A stretch of DNA of 64,000 bases from Eledone cirrhosa (lineage: Eukaryota): NCBI GenBank assembly GCA_964016885.1, contig OZ024740.1, positions 411,556,001 to 411,620,000 of the forward strand. The letters run 5' to 3'. This document shows, in pieces, positions 44,518 through 60,699 of this stretch. Numbering within the stretch: position 1 is the first letter of the stretch; every line of letters begins with the position of its first letter. Under the pieces are notes generated by a model that saw only the letters and a list, made by a program, of their open reading frames with translations, was not told where the DNA came from and searched no databases. The position numbers and the translations under genes are program-made.

Positions 44518-45082
44518 TATATATATATATATATATATATTTATTTAAGCGGTGTACAACTTATCGCTGTTTCAGCTCTGCCGTTGATGAGCACGTGGGG
44601 TGCAGTCTGCACCCCACGAGCTCATCAACAGCAAAGCTGAAACACCGAGAAGTTTAACACATTGCTTAAAAATATCCTTCTTCAGATGGGTTAAGGATGA
44701 GGAGTGAAACCGTGCACCGGATCTCCCTACAACAAGTCTTAACGTCCCGGCGGGCAGGCGCTGCAAAATAACACCCAGGAAACTAACCTTGCATACCAGA
44801 CCCAGCCTCAAACGACTCAGACAAACAGATGCGGTAAACAAACGTCTCAACATAAGCGTTGGTTACATGACTCTGTGCGTATCGACAATGCTAAAGTTGC
44901 AACTTCATCTTGTAGCGGATAAAAACTTGTCCGGGAAAGACTGCCCTAACACCGGCCAGAGTTACCTCCCCTGACCTGCTGCAAAATCAAAACAAGCTAT
45001 TTTTGCGAACAATGAACCTTGACGTGAATTTAACCCCCAAAACTCTTTCCGAGCAATGTAAGGAACACTTTTGGTTATTTAT

Positions 45083-45122
45083 GCCCTTGAGAAGCCCAAC
45101 TGGGCGAAACGTACGTAGGTGC
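45083..45122 (+). ncRNA. Minimal type I hammerhead ribozyme (U3-A8) in a probable PLE remnant (~44540-45310)
   Basis: GCCC TTGAGAA GCCC-aact-GGGC GAAA C-GTAC-G TA GGtGC; palindromic stem III region ACGTACGT. Confidence 0.75.
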
Positions 45123-45639
45123 TGTTTTAAATAAACATGTTTTAACAGTCTATTCTCCGATTTCTTACTTTCCCACGTGCTTACGCTCTGCTAACTCTCT
45201 AGCCCACTAAATATTAACACTTCGAATATTTAATACTGCCGGGACTAGTATCGAGCATCTTTGGCATACACTACTTGGAAAATAACTATATGTATCACCT
45301 ATCCTCCCCTTTTTTTCTCATGTAACATGTTTCTTTTTTAATACGAAGAACGTAAACTACGAATACAGGATCAGAAAAGAATTATGATAATGTATATGAA
45401 ATAGTCCAATGTCGGCTGAATTGTATTTCATTTCACATCGAATATTATATATGAGCATCAATGTGGATTTCACCTTTTAAAATATTGATTGATTTCAGAT
45501 AAACTCACAGATATATTTGAAGTAATATGAAAACAAACTAGTGGTGTATGACCAGTGAATCAGTTTTAATTATGATTTAAAGCCGTATTATAGTTGACAA
45601 GATGCATGCATTTTGTTTTACGAAGTTTTCTATATTTCG

Positions 45640-46015
45640 ACAAACAATATCGAGACCTTAGGCGTCATTCGACCTCGGATAGCTGACCTCTTTCATAAAA
45701 TGGGATCAATAGCAGCTCGTCTGAGGAAGGAGACTCGCGAGGTAGGGTGGCTTCTGTTGCAGCGGGTGTCATTGGCCATTATCCGCAGAAATGCCTTTGC
45801 CATTTTTCCGCGCTGTACAGCCAAAATTTCGTCCTGACTTAGGTATAGCGTGTGTGTGTTACTCTGTCTCCTTCCCACTTTCTTTACTTCTTTTTCCAAT
45901 GGTCCTTGCTGTCCATCCCATCTGCACCTCATTTATGGCATTTATAGTCCTTTCCATTACTGCTTTTCTTCTGTAAGTTTGACCAATTTATAAATAAGAT
46001 AAATAAATAAATATT
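45640..46015 (+). mobile_element. CRE-clade (RLE) non-LTR retrotransposon 3' fragment
   Basis: IETLGVI.P..LLQRVSLAIIRRNAFAI resembles the CRE C-terminal LxQRxSxAxxRGNA motif; ends in (AAAT)n. Confidence 0.75.
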
Positions 46016-46649
46016 TTGCAATTAAAAAATAAACCTTTTTGCATGATCAACCACACAAAGTAAATAAAAAACCTATTAAAGCGTCAGTTTGAGTAATCCT
46101 TTTGTCTTCAAAACGAGCAAACGTATGTAAATATAAACAGACTGGTTTTTGATATATGCTGAATTCAGTGTCGTTGACATGATACTCGTCTATTTACACC
46201 AAATATAACAATCTATTACTTATCAGTTAAATCAAATACACATATATAAAAATATCGTGTAATTAATAGTAAAATGACATTCTTATAAACCAAATAGCAA
46301 ATGTCATGAAATAGCATGTGATACGCTTCTGCAAAAATATGAACTTCTACGTTGGTGCAAACTCTAACAATTATAGACCCATTTAATTTTTCAAATTGCA
46401 CCAGATTATGAAACTTGAAAAATATTGGGTTTCAGGAAATTCCAGAATACTCTGTCTGAAACAAAAATAAAGGCAGTATATTTACGGCTGTAACAGTATC
46501 GATATTAAGTTTCTTAAAACGTGAAGTAATCTGGAGCTAAACAACAGCAACAACAACAACAACAACAATGATTTCTAGTATCCCATTAGAGAAAGCCAAT
46601 GAGAAAAATGAGGACAACGGCAACATTGAATAACAAGTAAAATGCTTAC

Positions 46650-47188
46650 CAATTAGTGGCAAAACGTCTGACGTGGGCGGCATATTTTCGGCCACAAGCA
46701 TCATAAAAACCGTCATGGACAGCAATGTAGTAATACCCATGGTAACTTTCTCCCCAGAATCCGATGGAATATAGAATCCAAGGAGAGCCACTAATGTAAT
46801 GAGAATACAGGGAAGAATCATGTTGAAGACGTAAAACAAAGGTCGACGACGTATTTGAATATAGTAAGTGATATCTGGATAAGGTTCAGTGCAGCAAGAG
46901 TAGTAAACTAAATTCCATTCAACGTGAAGCTTAATGAGGACCCACTCGCTGTTACGGATGTAGTTGGAGATGTCTCCTTCTTCTGAGTTCATGCGCAGCT
47001 GCAGCTGGAAACCGTCGTAAGTCCACGAAGCAAACTGCATTGAGCAATTTTGCTCATCAAAAGGAAAATAACGAACGTCTATTCTGCACGAACTTTTGAA
47101 TATCACCATTGACAACCACGTGACGTTACCTTCACTCGTAACGATAACATTTGAACTTAATGAAGAAAAATAAGAAGTCACGTCGGCA
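46650..47188 (-). CDS. nAChR alpha subunit exon: Cys-loop, loops B/C, M1, M2 (alpha9/10-like invertebrate type)
   Basis: CRIDVRYFPFDEQNC, SWTY, YYSCCTEPY (vicinal Cys), RRRPLFYVFNMILPC, SGEKVTMGITTLLSMTVFMMLVAENMPPTS. Acceptor ttttgcag, donor gtaagc; 539 nt with consistent phases. Confidence 0.98.
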
Positions 47189-47518
47189 CTGCAAAATAAA
47201 AAGAGAAAATTGTATAATACAATAAAATGAACACTATTGAGAATAAATAAATTGCATTTCCTTCTTTGCAAAGTATAAATGTGTATGCGGAAATATTCAA
47301 TAACTTATTATTCTACCAGCAAAGCAAATTTGCAGTGTTTTGAGTACGCTAGAAAATTATTATAATATGACCTTTGATTTATATATTTTAAGATCAGTTT
47401 TACAGGAATTTCGAGCAGCAACGCTATGAATTATAATGTTCCACGATGCACATCTGTATGATATCTAGTTAAATTTGTATATTTTGCATAATTACTCTTA
47501 AATTAATCATAGGAAATG

Positions 47519-48619
<1,101 letters not shown>

Positions 48620-48620
<1 letters not shown>

Positions 48621-51125
48621 CGAAGGAAATGTGGTAAGGAACCAGGTGGACCATAACGCACCAAAGTACCCAATACTTAGGGCAGTAGAGTGGGTAATAG
48701 GAACAAGTAGGACCCCGACGGCTGAGCTCAAGCCGTTTCGACGGCTAATTCTGGACTAAATGGACATTTTTATCCTGGTATATGAATAGCCGAGCTTCTC
48801 AGGGGGTAATTCCATATATGGTAAAAGTGATTGTCACAAGGATTGGTCAAAGGTTTGTTGTTGAGACACATAATTCTATCATGGCAATTTGTGGAAGGAA
48901 GGGGTAGCTGAACCTGCCAGTAGAAGAAAGAGGGAGAGGGAGTGGAGGAAACCCAGTCGTGCGTCGATAGTGCCAACTACAGCAGGATCCTAAGGGCAGG
49001 AGGTCAAGCAAGTATACTAGGGGGGGGGGGTAGTCGAAACAATAAGTAAATCAATATGGAGTAAATATATAGAAGAATACCAAGAATGTTAAAAATATAA
49101 AAAAACAATTTCTGGTTACTATTCCCTAACCACAATCATCAAGTCTCTCACTGGTACTGCTAAACTATAGAAATGTTTACTAGGTGGGACGGAATTGTAG
49201 TGAGACAATTTTATGAGTTTGTAGTAATCAACCGAGTATATCTTACAGTGACAGATCAACAAGTGGGGGGCCAAAATACTAAAGAAACTACCATGAAATA
49301 ATAATTCAGAGTCCCGAAACTAATACGAAATAATTGCTTCTAATTTAGGCACAAGGCCAGCAATCACCCAGTGCAAAACATAAACTAATACGAAATAATA
49401 ATTCAGAATCCCGAAAATGAATACTAATACTATCTCTAAGGGTGCCGCTACGATACAAAAATTCTAGTACAAACTACATAAATGCTCGTACGATATATAT
49501 GAAAAATTTGATACGGAAAATTAATTCAGAATACCACCCCCACTCCCACCCCCACCCCACACATAAATACTGATATACGAGAAACTAAAGCAGAGATACC
49601 ACTAAGAAATGTAGAAAGCACGGTCTATCACATCTGCTATAAAAAGCGGTGTCGGCCAATTATATCATAGAATAGGGGATAGGGGTGGGGGTCCTGAGGC
49701 TACAAAGGACCGAGGGGCTGCCTCGGGGTAGGCGAGAAAGTGAAAAGGACGACGACAAAGAAGGAGGACTGGGGTGGAAGGACTTGGAAGGGATGGGGAA
49801 GAAGGAAATATAGAGGAAACGATAAAAAGATATAAAAGAAAATCTTACGTCTACCTTTGCAAGCAGGGGTTGCCCATTACAAAGTCGGCAAGTGGGGTGT
49901 TACAGCCTTGTCTACCCCCCCCCCCCCCGGGTCATTATGGGGTTTGAGGGCGAGGTAAGTACTACGCAATCTGTGTTTGCATGCAGTTACCAGTTCGTCT
50001 TTCTTGTTTAGGAGTTGGTCCGTCGAAAACAACATTTGTCAAGTTTCCTCCGAGCACAAATTGCACGGACCGCGTCCTCCCGTATAAGAGTTGACTCTGG
50101 ACAGTAAGCTCCAAGTGAGATCATAGGTAATATTGTTATCTTTGAGGTCACAGAAGTGGCCCGAAAGTGTGGTGGCGTGACGCTCGGAGGAAACTTTACA
50201 AATGCCGTTTTCGACGGACCAACTCCTAAACAAGAAAGACGAACTGGTAAATGCATGCAAACACAGATTGCGTAGGACTTACCTCGCCCTCATTCTGAAT
50301 TAATTTTCCGTATCAAATTTTTCATATATATCGTACGAGCATTTATGTAGTTTGTACTAGAATGTTTGTATCATAGCGGCACCCTTAGAGATAGTATTAG
50401 TATTCATTTTCGGGATTCTGGATATTTATTTCGTATTAGTTTATGTTTTGCACTGGGTGATTGCTGGCCTTGTGCCTAAAGTAGAAGCAATTATTTCGTA
50501 CTCTAGTTTCGGGACTCTGAATTATTATTTCGTGGTAGTTTCTTTAGTATTTTGGCACACTACTTGTTGATCTGTCACTGTAAGATATACGCGGTTGATT
50601 ACTACTAACTCATAAAATTGTCTCACTACAATTCCGTCCCATCTAGTAAACTTTTCTATAGTTTAGCAGTACCAGTGAGAGACTTGATGATTGTGGTTAG
50701 GGAATAGTAACCAGAAATTGTTTTTTTATATTTTTAACATTCTTGTTATTCTTCTATATATTTACTCCATATTGATTTACTTATTGTTTCGACTACCCCC
50801 CCCCCTAGTATAGTTGCTTGACCTCCTGCCCTTAGGATCCTGCTGTAGTTGGCACTATCAACGCAAGACTGCGTTTCCTCCACTCCCTCTCCCTCTTTCT
50901 TCTACTGGCAGGTTCAGCTACCCCTTCCTTCCACAAATTGCCATGATAGAATTATGTGTCTCAACAACAAACTTTTGACCAATCCTTGTGACAATCACTT
51001 TTACCATATATTGAATTACCCCATGAGATGCTCGGCTATTCATATACCAGGATAAACATTTTCATTTAGTCCAGAATTAGCCGTCGAAACGGCTTGAGCT
51101 CAGCCGTCGGGGTCCTACTCGTTCC

Positions 51126-51126
<1 letters not shown>
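48620..51126 (-). mobile_element. Hairpin PLE insertion, family 1 (diverged subfamily, opposite orientation)
   Basis: Tail 48620-48697; body to 50180 with endonuclease C-terminus; inverted arm 50182-51126 with an internal deletion. HHR cores are mutated (CTGAGAA at 48712-48807, ATGAGAT at ~51018-51114). Confidence 0.93.
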
Positions 51127-51158
<32 letters not shown>

Positions 51159-51380
51159 TCACACACACACTCATACATACACACATACCAGTATATATAT
51201 ATAATTTAGGCAACAACTTTTGCTTAAAGTATGTTATTTGGAAAATACGACTCTGCTTCAATTTGATAATAGTTATTAAATATTACTCCTATTTCTTTAT
51301 TTGTTCTGTATGCTAGACGTGTTTGATAAGAACCCGTTCCCGACTAATATATATATATATATAAATAAATATATATATAT

Positions 51381-52050
51381 AGAGTAATAATAATAAATTT
51401 GAAGACTAAAATCCAAAGAGGGCTCGATAAGGATAAATATATATCAACTATATAAGAACCGTAGAGCAAATATTTATTAAAATAACAGATTAAAGTTTAA
51501 GCAAAGAATCGCTGCTTTCACCCTTAACGGGATCTTCTGAAACTAACAAAGTCAATCTGTGAACGCAGAAGTGAATATTTCAAAAAACGTTGCAACCGGA
51601 GGATGACAGGAAGACGATACTTTGGTTCGTGGAAACGTTCCCTGGCAAAAACGGGAAAAAACGAATATAATACGTCATTATTTGGAGCGGTGAAAAACAA
51701 TTACACGCAAAGACAAAACCACGTTTATGGGATAAAAGAAGTCGTAGACTAATATTCTATTAGGTGGTTCATAGAGACGTTCTCTGGCAAAGAACGGAAA
51801 AAACGAAGATATTACGTCATATGTGGAGCGTGGGGAACAATTGCACGCAAAGACAAAACCACGTAAATGGTATAACTGAAGTCGTAGACTAAAATTCTAA
51901 CTAGGAAACCGAATGATTCTCGGCTTAAGAGTTAAGAATAAAGTAAATAAAATACAGAGGTAATTGAAATTAAATAAATATATACACGCATCCATATACG
52001 TACATACACAAGCATACGCGAAAACACTCGCCATAGGTATATAAATACAC
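51381..52050 (-). mobile_element. PLE family 2 3' fragment with tail, no inverted partner
   Basis: Homologous to the reverse complement of 29660-30345. Confidence 0.88.
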
Positions 52051-52303
52051 GCACTTACACAAAAAAAAAACCGAAAAAAAAAACCTCACACGCACATACA
52101 AAACCCACGCAAAGCCTGTACCCACAGGCATACGAATGTATACACCAAATACACATAAAAATATATATAAAAAGAAAATATATATATATATATGTGTGTG
52201 TGTGGGTGTATACATATAATTAAATAAACCTATGAACATATAAAAATATGGTTTACACATCCCTGGTCTTTTCTCCCCATACTATAATCATATATATATA
52301 TGT

Positions 52304-52363
<60 letters not shown>

Positions 52364-53127
52364 TCCCACGGACAGGAATTTTGTAAATTGTGTAATATGG
52401 AATTATTTTGTATTATGAAATCAAAAAATATTTTATTAAATAACAGAATAGAGCGATCGTTATACTGTAACCATCGCTTGAAATCTACATTTTCATATTA
52501 CAAACACTACCAGGATTGAACGCCTGTCTCCATCTCCGTTTGATTGTCAAAATACATATTAACATTCTCTATTAATCTTAATTCTATCAACTCTTCTATT
52601 CTTTACCATTTAATATAAACTGCTATAGATAAAATGAGATTTCTTAATTCAATTCCCTAATGCATATACCAGCAGGCTACAAGCATTGTTGTTATTCAGT
52701 AGCAGTGAAAATTACCCCCTTCCTTAATTGACACTTTATATCTATTAATACTACTACACCAAACGACCAGCCCTGTCCATTGTTCAATTGGTCAAGTATA
52801 GATTAAAATAGGCACTCCCCAAAATTCTTATTTAGATAAAATAAACCATATACTCATTGTATTCTCATTAGAAATCTTTTATATACTTGTTTACCAATTG
52901 AATTGCCATCTGTCATATACTATCCCCTCTCTTCTTTCTTTCTTACAACTAATATAAATACTTCAAATTTTCTGATTTTTTCCAATTTATCCAATATCTC
53001 TGAAGAAGTGACAACATATTATACATTTGCTATCGAATACTTGCTAACATTATATGATTACGCAAGCAGAGATACATAGGTCAATACCTAATAAATTCCT
53101 TTATAAAAGCACTTTCATTTTATATTC

Positions 53128-53174
<47 letters not shown>

Positions 53175-53178
<4 letters not shown>

Positions 53179-53360
53179 AAGTATGACCCCCGACGGCAGA
53201 GCTCAAGCCGTTTCGACAGCTATTTCTGGACTAAAAATAGCCGTCGAAACGGCTTGAGCTCTGCCGTCGGGTTCATACTTTCTTCTATTACCCAGTCTAC
53301 TACCCTAAGTATTGAGTATTCTGGTGCGTTATGGTCCATCTGGTTCCTTAACACTACTCC
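53175..53360 (+). mobile_element. Minimal hairpin insertion, PLE family 1-related
   Basis: ~50-bp inverted arms holding the 3' half of the HHR, plus the family tail, in (TA)n. Confidence 0.85.
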
Positions 53361-53400
53361 TATATATATATATATATATATATATAAATTTACATATATT

Positions 53401-53431
<31 letters not shown>

Positions 53432-53567
53432 AATTTATATATATATATTTATATATACATTTTTATATATACATTATTTATATATATACATTATTTATAT
53501 ATATACATTTATATATATATATATATATAAATTTACATATATATATATATATATATATATATAAATT

Positions 53568-53608
<41 letters not shown>

Positions 53609-53707
53609 TTATATATATATATTTATATATACATTTATATATATACATTATTTATATATATACATTATTTATATATATACATTTATATATATATATATAT
53701 ATATAAA

Positions 53708-53738
<31 letters not shown>

Positions 53739-53763
53739 ATTTACATATATATATATATAAATT

Positions 53764-53836
<73 letters not shown>

Positions 53837-53845
53837 GAATATATA

Positions 53846-53906
<61 letters not shown>

Positions 53907-53952
53907 ATACATATATATATTATATATATATACATATATATATTATATATAC

Positions 53953-54029
<77 letters not shown>

Positions 54030-54050
54030 ATATATATATATTATATAAAT
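53361..54050. repeat. (TA)n-derived microsatellite with higher-order AAATTTACATATAT units
   Basis: Direct inspection. Confidence 0.95.
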
Positions 54051-54897
54051 ACTTAGGTTAATAGGAGTTAGGTATTGTATACCCGTGTCCCATTAAATTG
54101 TAATTTACGAACTTGTGCATCTGCTGTGGTGTCAAAAACAAACGCGCATGACCACACAGATAAACAATGGACCATGCCACGTGGCTTGAACCCGTAAGTG
54201 AATTGAAGGTTCTGCAACGCTGATACACAGATTATTTATTATTAAGATGTATAAACTTGACATAACTATTATCATCTTATATTCTCTCAACTAATCACAC
54301 TTGATCATATTTCTCTATCCCGTTTTCTCCCCCCACAATTATTATATTTTTATTATTATTTGAAAAAAATCGGTTTTTTTACATTGTGTTTCCCCTCCAA
54401 ATATTCGCTTATATTTTCTTTATATATTCTCTATATATTTTTTTATCCTTATTTTTTTATCTTTATTATTTCCACTTTTATCCTCCTTTATATTTTACCT
54501 TATTCTTACTTTTATACCTTATTATAGTGTAATCTTCCCCATGCCTTATTATACACTATTAATTATAGATTATTATTATTACTCTTTTTCCATTTCTAAT
54601 TAGCTCATGTACTTTCTCCTCCGCTATATATATAATATATATTGTATGCCCTTTGTGTTTGTGTAGCCTCTGCGCACCCCTCTGCACCATACTATCGACG
54701 CCACCCCATCTATGGTTCAGCTACCACCCCGACTCCCGGGAATGAATATGACCGCAGCTAGTAAACAAGGACCAACACCCCACCCTCCCGCACCAAAATT
54801 AGACTTATCGTCCCCTACTTTTGCTCTTTACTCTCTTTACTCTTTGTTCTTGAATGTTTGGTTGGTAGAGTCCATAACACCAATCAAACCCCTTTTA

Positions 54898-54946
54898 TAG
54901 CTCTGACGAATCCTACGGTTACGTAAGGAAGAAACATTGTAAGCCA
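54898..54946 (+). ncRNA. Minimal type I hammerhead-like motif (CUGACGA) near the 3' end of a probable PLE remnant (~54055-54990)
   Basis: GCT CTGACGA ATCCTACG-gtta-CGTAAGGAA GAAA C-ATT-G TA AGC; element flanked by (TA)n. Confidence 0.65.
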
Positions 54947-54989
54947 ATAAAAATCTTTTGATGTTGTAGACGCTCTTGTGTTCTTTTTC

Positions 54990-55817
<828 letters not shown>

Positions 55818-55846
55818 TATATATATAATGTAGGTATATATATATG

Positions 55847-55909
<63 letters not shown>

Positions 55910-55989
55910 ATATATATATATATATTTAGATATATATATGATTATAGTATGGGGAGAACAGAATAGGGATGTGTAAACCTTATTTTATA

Positions 55990-56019
<30 letters not shown>

Positions 56020-56024
<5 letters not shown>

Positions 56025-56200
56025 GTTTCTACTTTTGGCATAAGGCCAGCAATTATTCCTGTGCATTACTGGTACTTTGTTTTATCGACCCCGTAAGGAT
56101 GAAAGGCAAAGTTAATCTCGACGGGATTTGAACTCAGACCGTAAAGGGACGTAACTATGCTAGAATGCATGGCGTCCAACCCACTACCGATACTGTCAAT
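56020..56200 (-). mobile_element. Meta-like SINE
   Basis: Homologous to 21905-22100. Confidence 0.8.
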
Positions 56201-56444
56201 GCATTGAAATCATATATATATGATTATAGTATGAGGAGAACAGACCAGGGATGTGTAAACCTTATTTTAGTAGGTTGCCTGTGATATATATATAATGAAG
56301 CATCCAGCAGCATGTATAATGCTATAAACTGAGACATCGTATATCGTTAAAAAGAGGTAGATTTTTTAATGTTTATGTCTCCGCGATACATATTGCGCTG
56401 AGGACCAGAACTAGATAGCTTTCATCCAACCAATTCCAATGACC

Positions 56445-56650
56445 TGGACTCGGCAGACGATATAAAAACCTTTAGAAATATACAAATATTAAAAATCTTC
56501 TTCAAAACCTTTTTCCAAAGGTCTTTCTTCAAAAACGAAAAATAAAATAAAATAAAAACAGCAAAACAAAAAAAAAAACAGCTTCCTTTATTTTGAAGAT
56601 TTTAATATTTTAAAGTTCTTAAATGTTTTAATATCATTTGACGAGCCCAT
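56445..56650. repeat. Old imperfect inverted repeat (MITE-like)
   Basis: ~56448-56500 approximately inverted to 56595-56648. Confidence 0.4.
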
Positions 56651-56855
56651 TGATCTTTTTAATGCTACATATATTACGATTTACTTCGTATGAAACACAT
56701 CTAATCCTGTAGAAGCCATTTCTATATAACATTTGTTGTATACACTCTAATTAATGTTTTGAGTACCTTACTTACTGTAGTTACCCCCGATTGAGCCCGG
56801 GGCTCATGTATATACATACATATATACGTACATACACACACACACACAGATACAC

Positions 56856-56959
<104 letters not shown>

Positions 56960-57494
56960 TATATATATATATAGTGTGTGTGTGTGTGTGTGTGTGTGCA
57001 CATGAGACGAAAATAAACAATAAAAATAAGCTCATACTATTTCAAGTCGAGTTTCCCACTAGAAACCTGTGAAATATTCTCACCCCGACGCATATTCAAA
57101 TGCATCAATGGACCTTTTGAAGAGAAATGCGTCGTTTTTGGTCTCACACAAAATGGTTGGATTGCAAACTCCACTATAAAAGGAAATTTAACTGAGGAAT
57201 TCTTGCAAATTGCCGTTGGTGCAACATGGTATGGGGATTACATTACAACAATCTAGCAATCTGTATATTAACATTTTTCATTATTTTTGCTTCGATCTAG
57301 TTTTGATACATCTAAATTGATGCGTGTACCATTACAAATTCCCAGCCAGAAATCTATGAAATATTCTCACTTACTGCCTAGCGATAAATCATAAACACTT
57401 AATTTGAATTATTGCACAAAATGTAACCTAAGCGCTAATATGTTTAATGTATATGACATTTAGTGTGTCTCAATTTAATTAATCATAATGATAG

Positions 57495-57673
57495 CCTCCC
57501 CACAGCCCCGGCGGACAGAATGGAGAAGACGTTTCCTCGGAGGATGGCAAGGGAGACGCGCTGGAAGAGCCATTCCAACTCGCGAGCCTCACACCTGCGG
57601 CTGACCAGCTCATCGCCTATAGTGGTGAGTGGGAGGTAGCCCTAGGGCCGAGGACACCAGAAGTCTCCACTGC
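57495..57673 (-). mobile_element. CRE-clade retrotransposon 3' fragment
   Basis: AVETSGVLGP..LFQRVSLAILRGNVFSIL on the minus strand, frameshifted. Confidence 0.75.
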
Positions 57674-59984
57674 CATTAGTTTATAGGAAAGGAAAGTATG
57701 TTATTGTAGTATCTCTAGATGATAGAGAATGATAAAAGATCACCGTAGTGAAAGTGGTTGTAGTATAATAAAACCTAGCATATGTTGAGTTTTTGAAACT
57801 TTTAATCGATATCCTTTCTTGTGTTATTGAATCTACATGTTTAGTGCATTCTGAGTGCGCGGCGATGTGCTTATGCATAAACGTATACTTCTAATATTTT
57901 TCAATATTAGCTTAGTTGAATTAAAACAAAATAATTCAAATGAATCAATAATATTAATTTTGGAAATGCCCCGAGATTTCTAAATACTAGCAGTTCTTTT
58001 TAATTAGGAAAACAACGAAATCCATACAGATTTCAAATCTTTACACAATTTATGGTTTAAATAATGTTATGTTAGTGAAAGAAAAATTATGTCCGCGAGC
58101 AGAATTTTTCTCTTTCCTCACTTGAAGAAAACTAATATTATAAATCTTCCTTTAAAAATATTGCTATTTAACAATTTAACTGATTGACAAATTACTGCAA
58201 GGGATCTGGGATTGCCAGTTTACTAAAATAAAATCATAAATGAAAAAAATAAAAAATGAAACAAAAGCGCACATTCTATTTTGTTATTAGCATAATGAAA
58301 TTAGATTCAAAAGATTAATTATTTTTACTCGCAGGTGATTTCATTATTTGGCGCATTTATTTCTTCATTATGTTAACTATAATATAATACTGCGGTCAAA
58401 TTAATTTTCATTAAACAAAGAAAAATGCTCATTCCCTATTTAAAACGGCATAATGAGATTTCTAATTACCGGAAGATGGTTCCCAAATACATAATAGTTG
58501 ATAATCAACGTTTATAAATGGATCGTTCTATTTGTCATCAAGAAAAAACCTAAAAATATAACACAATAAGGACGTGGGGGGGGGGGGGGCAATAATAAAA
58601 GCAAGGGATCAACATTATATTTGCTAGAATTTTAACAGGGTAATTGCGCATTATTTTTTAGTAAAATAGCTTTTCCATGGTAGAAAGCAACACGTCCGGC
58701 TAAATATCATGTCACGGTTAGTTTAATATTTTTATGCGACTGATCAATTCTAATGAGATAAAAATAGTTATTTACTGCCCCAGGTCAATAAGTATATAAA
58801 CATAATTGAAAATGAAGACAATACACTATACATCTCCTTTACAATCATACAAACATCTAATAAATCTCATATGGATCGGGATTTTCCGAGCCACTGGTAA
58901 ACATCACAACCTCACATAAGCCATACACCATGTGAGTAAGAAGCAAATTCTTCAACATCGCTCTTGTAGCGTCCTTCTATAAAAGGGATGAAGATTTGAA
59001 TTTGTCGACTATAAACAATCCACTGCTATTTCAACATATGTTTTAATTAGTTTCTATCACATTTACCAACAACTACCATGGAATGTCAAACAGGTACGCA
59101 CGCCAAACAAGTAAAAATATTATATTAAAAAGGCAACACCAAAAATGTGTATGCCGTTTAAATATAATAAATAATTATGAGCAAACATAAAATACACATT
59201 TATATGACTTTTTCTTCCGCCAATTGAACTCCGATATATATACAGCTTCCATAAAATCGTCAGGATAAGCCCATCCTGTTTGAGTGCAATAGACAGGATA
59301 ACAACTGTGAAACTGGAGCAAGGCGGTATCACTAAACCTTTTAAAATTAAGAGTAATATATATTTTAAAATGTTAAAATATAGATGTATTCGAAACATCA
59401 AGATGCCTAACATTAGCGCCGGTAATATTACCTTACACATTAATATAATAACATAGGCATAAAGATGCTTCATCAATCTATTTCGACTCCATAAACAATA
59501 TATAAATATTCATCTCCATAGTACAAATATATTATAAAACTTAAGCATACAGACACTCCAAAAGATAACAAGTGGTAAGCCAGACATTAATTTAGACGAA
59601 TAAATTGTAAACATTGTACTAAGTTTCAACATAGTAATAGGAATTTATTACAATATTGTAGGAAAACATGTTGAAAAACCTAAAACAAATTACACTGAAT
59701 TAATTATTCAAATAAATATACATTAGTAATTAACAATTGTACCGATCAATCAGTTTGAAAGATCTAAAACTGACAACATACACAACCACCTATCAATAAA
59801 ACACTAATAGATTACCAATACAAATTGACAAAGGCACGATCTGTGAATTGTGTTAGGGAATCCTCATATAAAATTAATCTTTGAAAATATTTTATATACT
59901 TTTTTCCTCTACGTAAATATTTTTTTATGAAATTAATCTTTTAATATATATGTCAAACCATAAATAATAAAGTTACTTGTGGAA

Positions 59985-60175
59985 ATAACTGTTTCTACTT
60001 TTGGCACAAGATCAGTAATTATCTCAGTGCATTACTGGTACTTTATTTTATAAACTCCGTAAGGATGAGAGGCAAATTGAACCTCAGCGGGATTGGAACT
60101 CAGACCGTAAAGGTTCGTAACCCTATGCTGCAAAACATGGGGTCCGGACCTCTACCGATACTACCAATTCACAGC
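59985..60175 (-). mobile_element. Meta-like SINE
   Basis: Homologous to 21905-22100. Confidence 0.75.
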
Positions 60176-60218
60176 CATGGTAATTGTGAAAATAATAAAA
60201 ATAAATATATTTACTTAC

Positions 60219-60328
60219 TTATTGTATAGTAGTATATCAGGTTTCCAGACATCTGTAAAAGGAATCCGGACCACTTTGATACCATTGTATTTGTCAGGAT
60301 CCCATCGCAGATTAACGTCTAACCAAAC
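60219..60328 (-). CDS. nAChR alpha subunit exon (110 nt; loop A), absent from the ORF track
   Basis: ttttaatgtag|[36 protein letters not shown](AA)|gtaagt; AA|T joins in frame to ADVT of the 47188 exon. Confidence 0.96.
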
Positions 60329-60699
60329 CTACATTAAAACGATTAAATATAATTGAAAAGCATTACAATGGTTAATTTTATCGAGCATAGTTATAGAACA
60401 TTGCCAAAACAAGGATATCATTTCAAATACATTAAAAATTTGAAAATATGTTTTCTTTAAAAGCACAAGTTTTATAGAAGGATAGGATAGCAATACCAAA
60501 TAATTTTGAAAGAAGATACATAAAACAATTGTGCGGCAAAATTGTGGTGTGAAAAAGTTCTATTCACATGATTATCGTTTCAACTCTTATGAGCGATATG
60601 TTGGAATTGTTCACAGGGAATATTACCAGCCTATAGTATACATATATGCATACATATATCCAAGTATTCAGAAATAAATAGTTAAACAGGTAGACATAT

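Noticed and set aside
52990-53075. CTGAAGA with CTTGC/GCAAG and TATCT/AGATA stems, possible HHR
   Set aside because: GAAA and the NUH triplet are not intact; at best a decayed motif.
59120-59476. 118-aa hydrophobic ORF as a possible receptor exon
   Set aside because: No Cys-loop similarity, and the flanking exons already join in frame.
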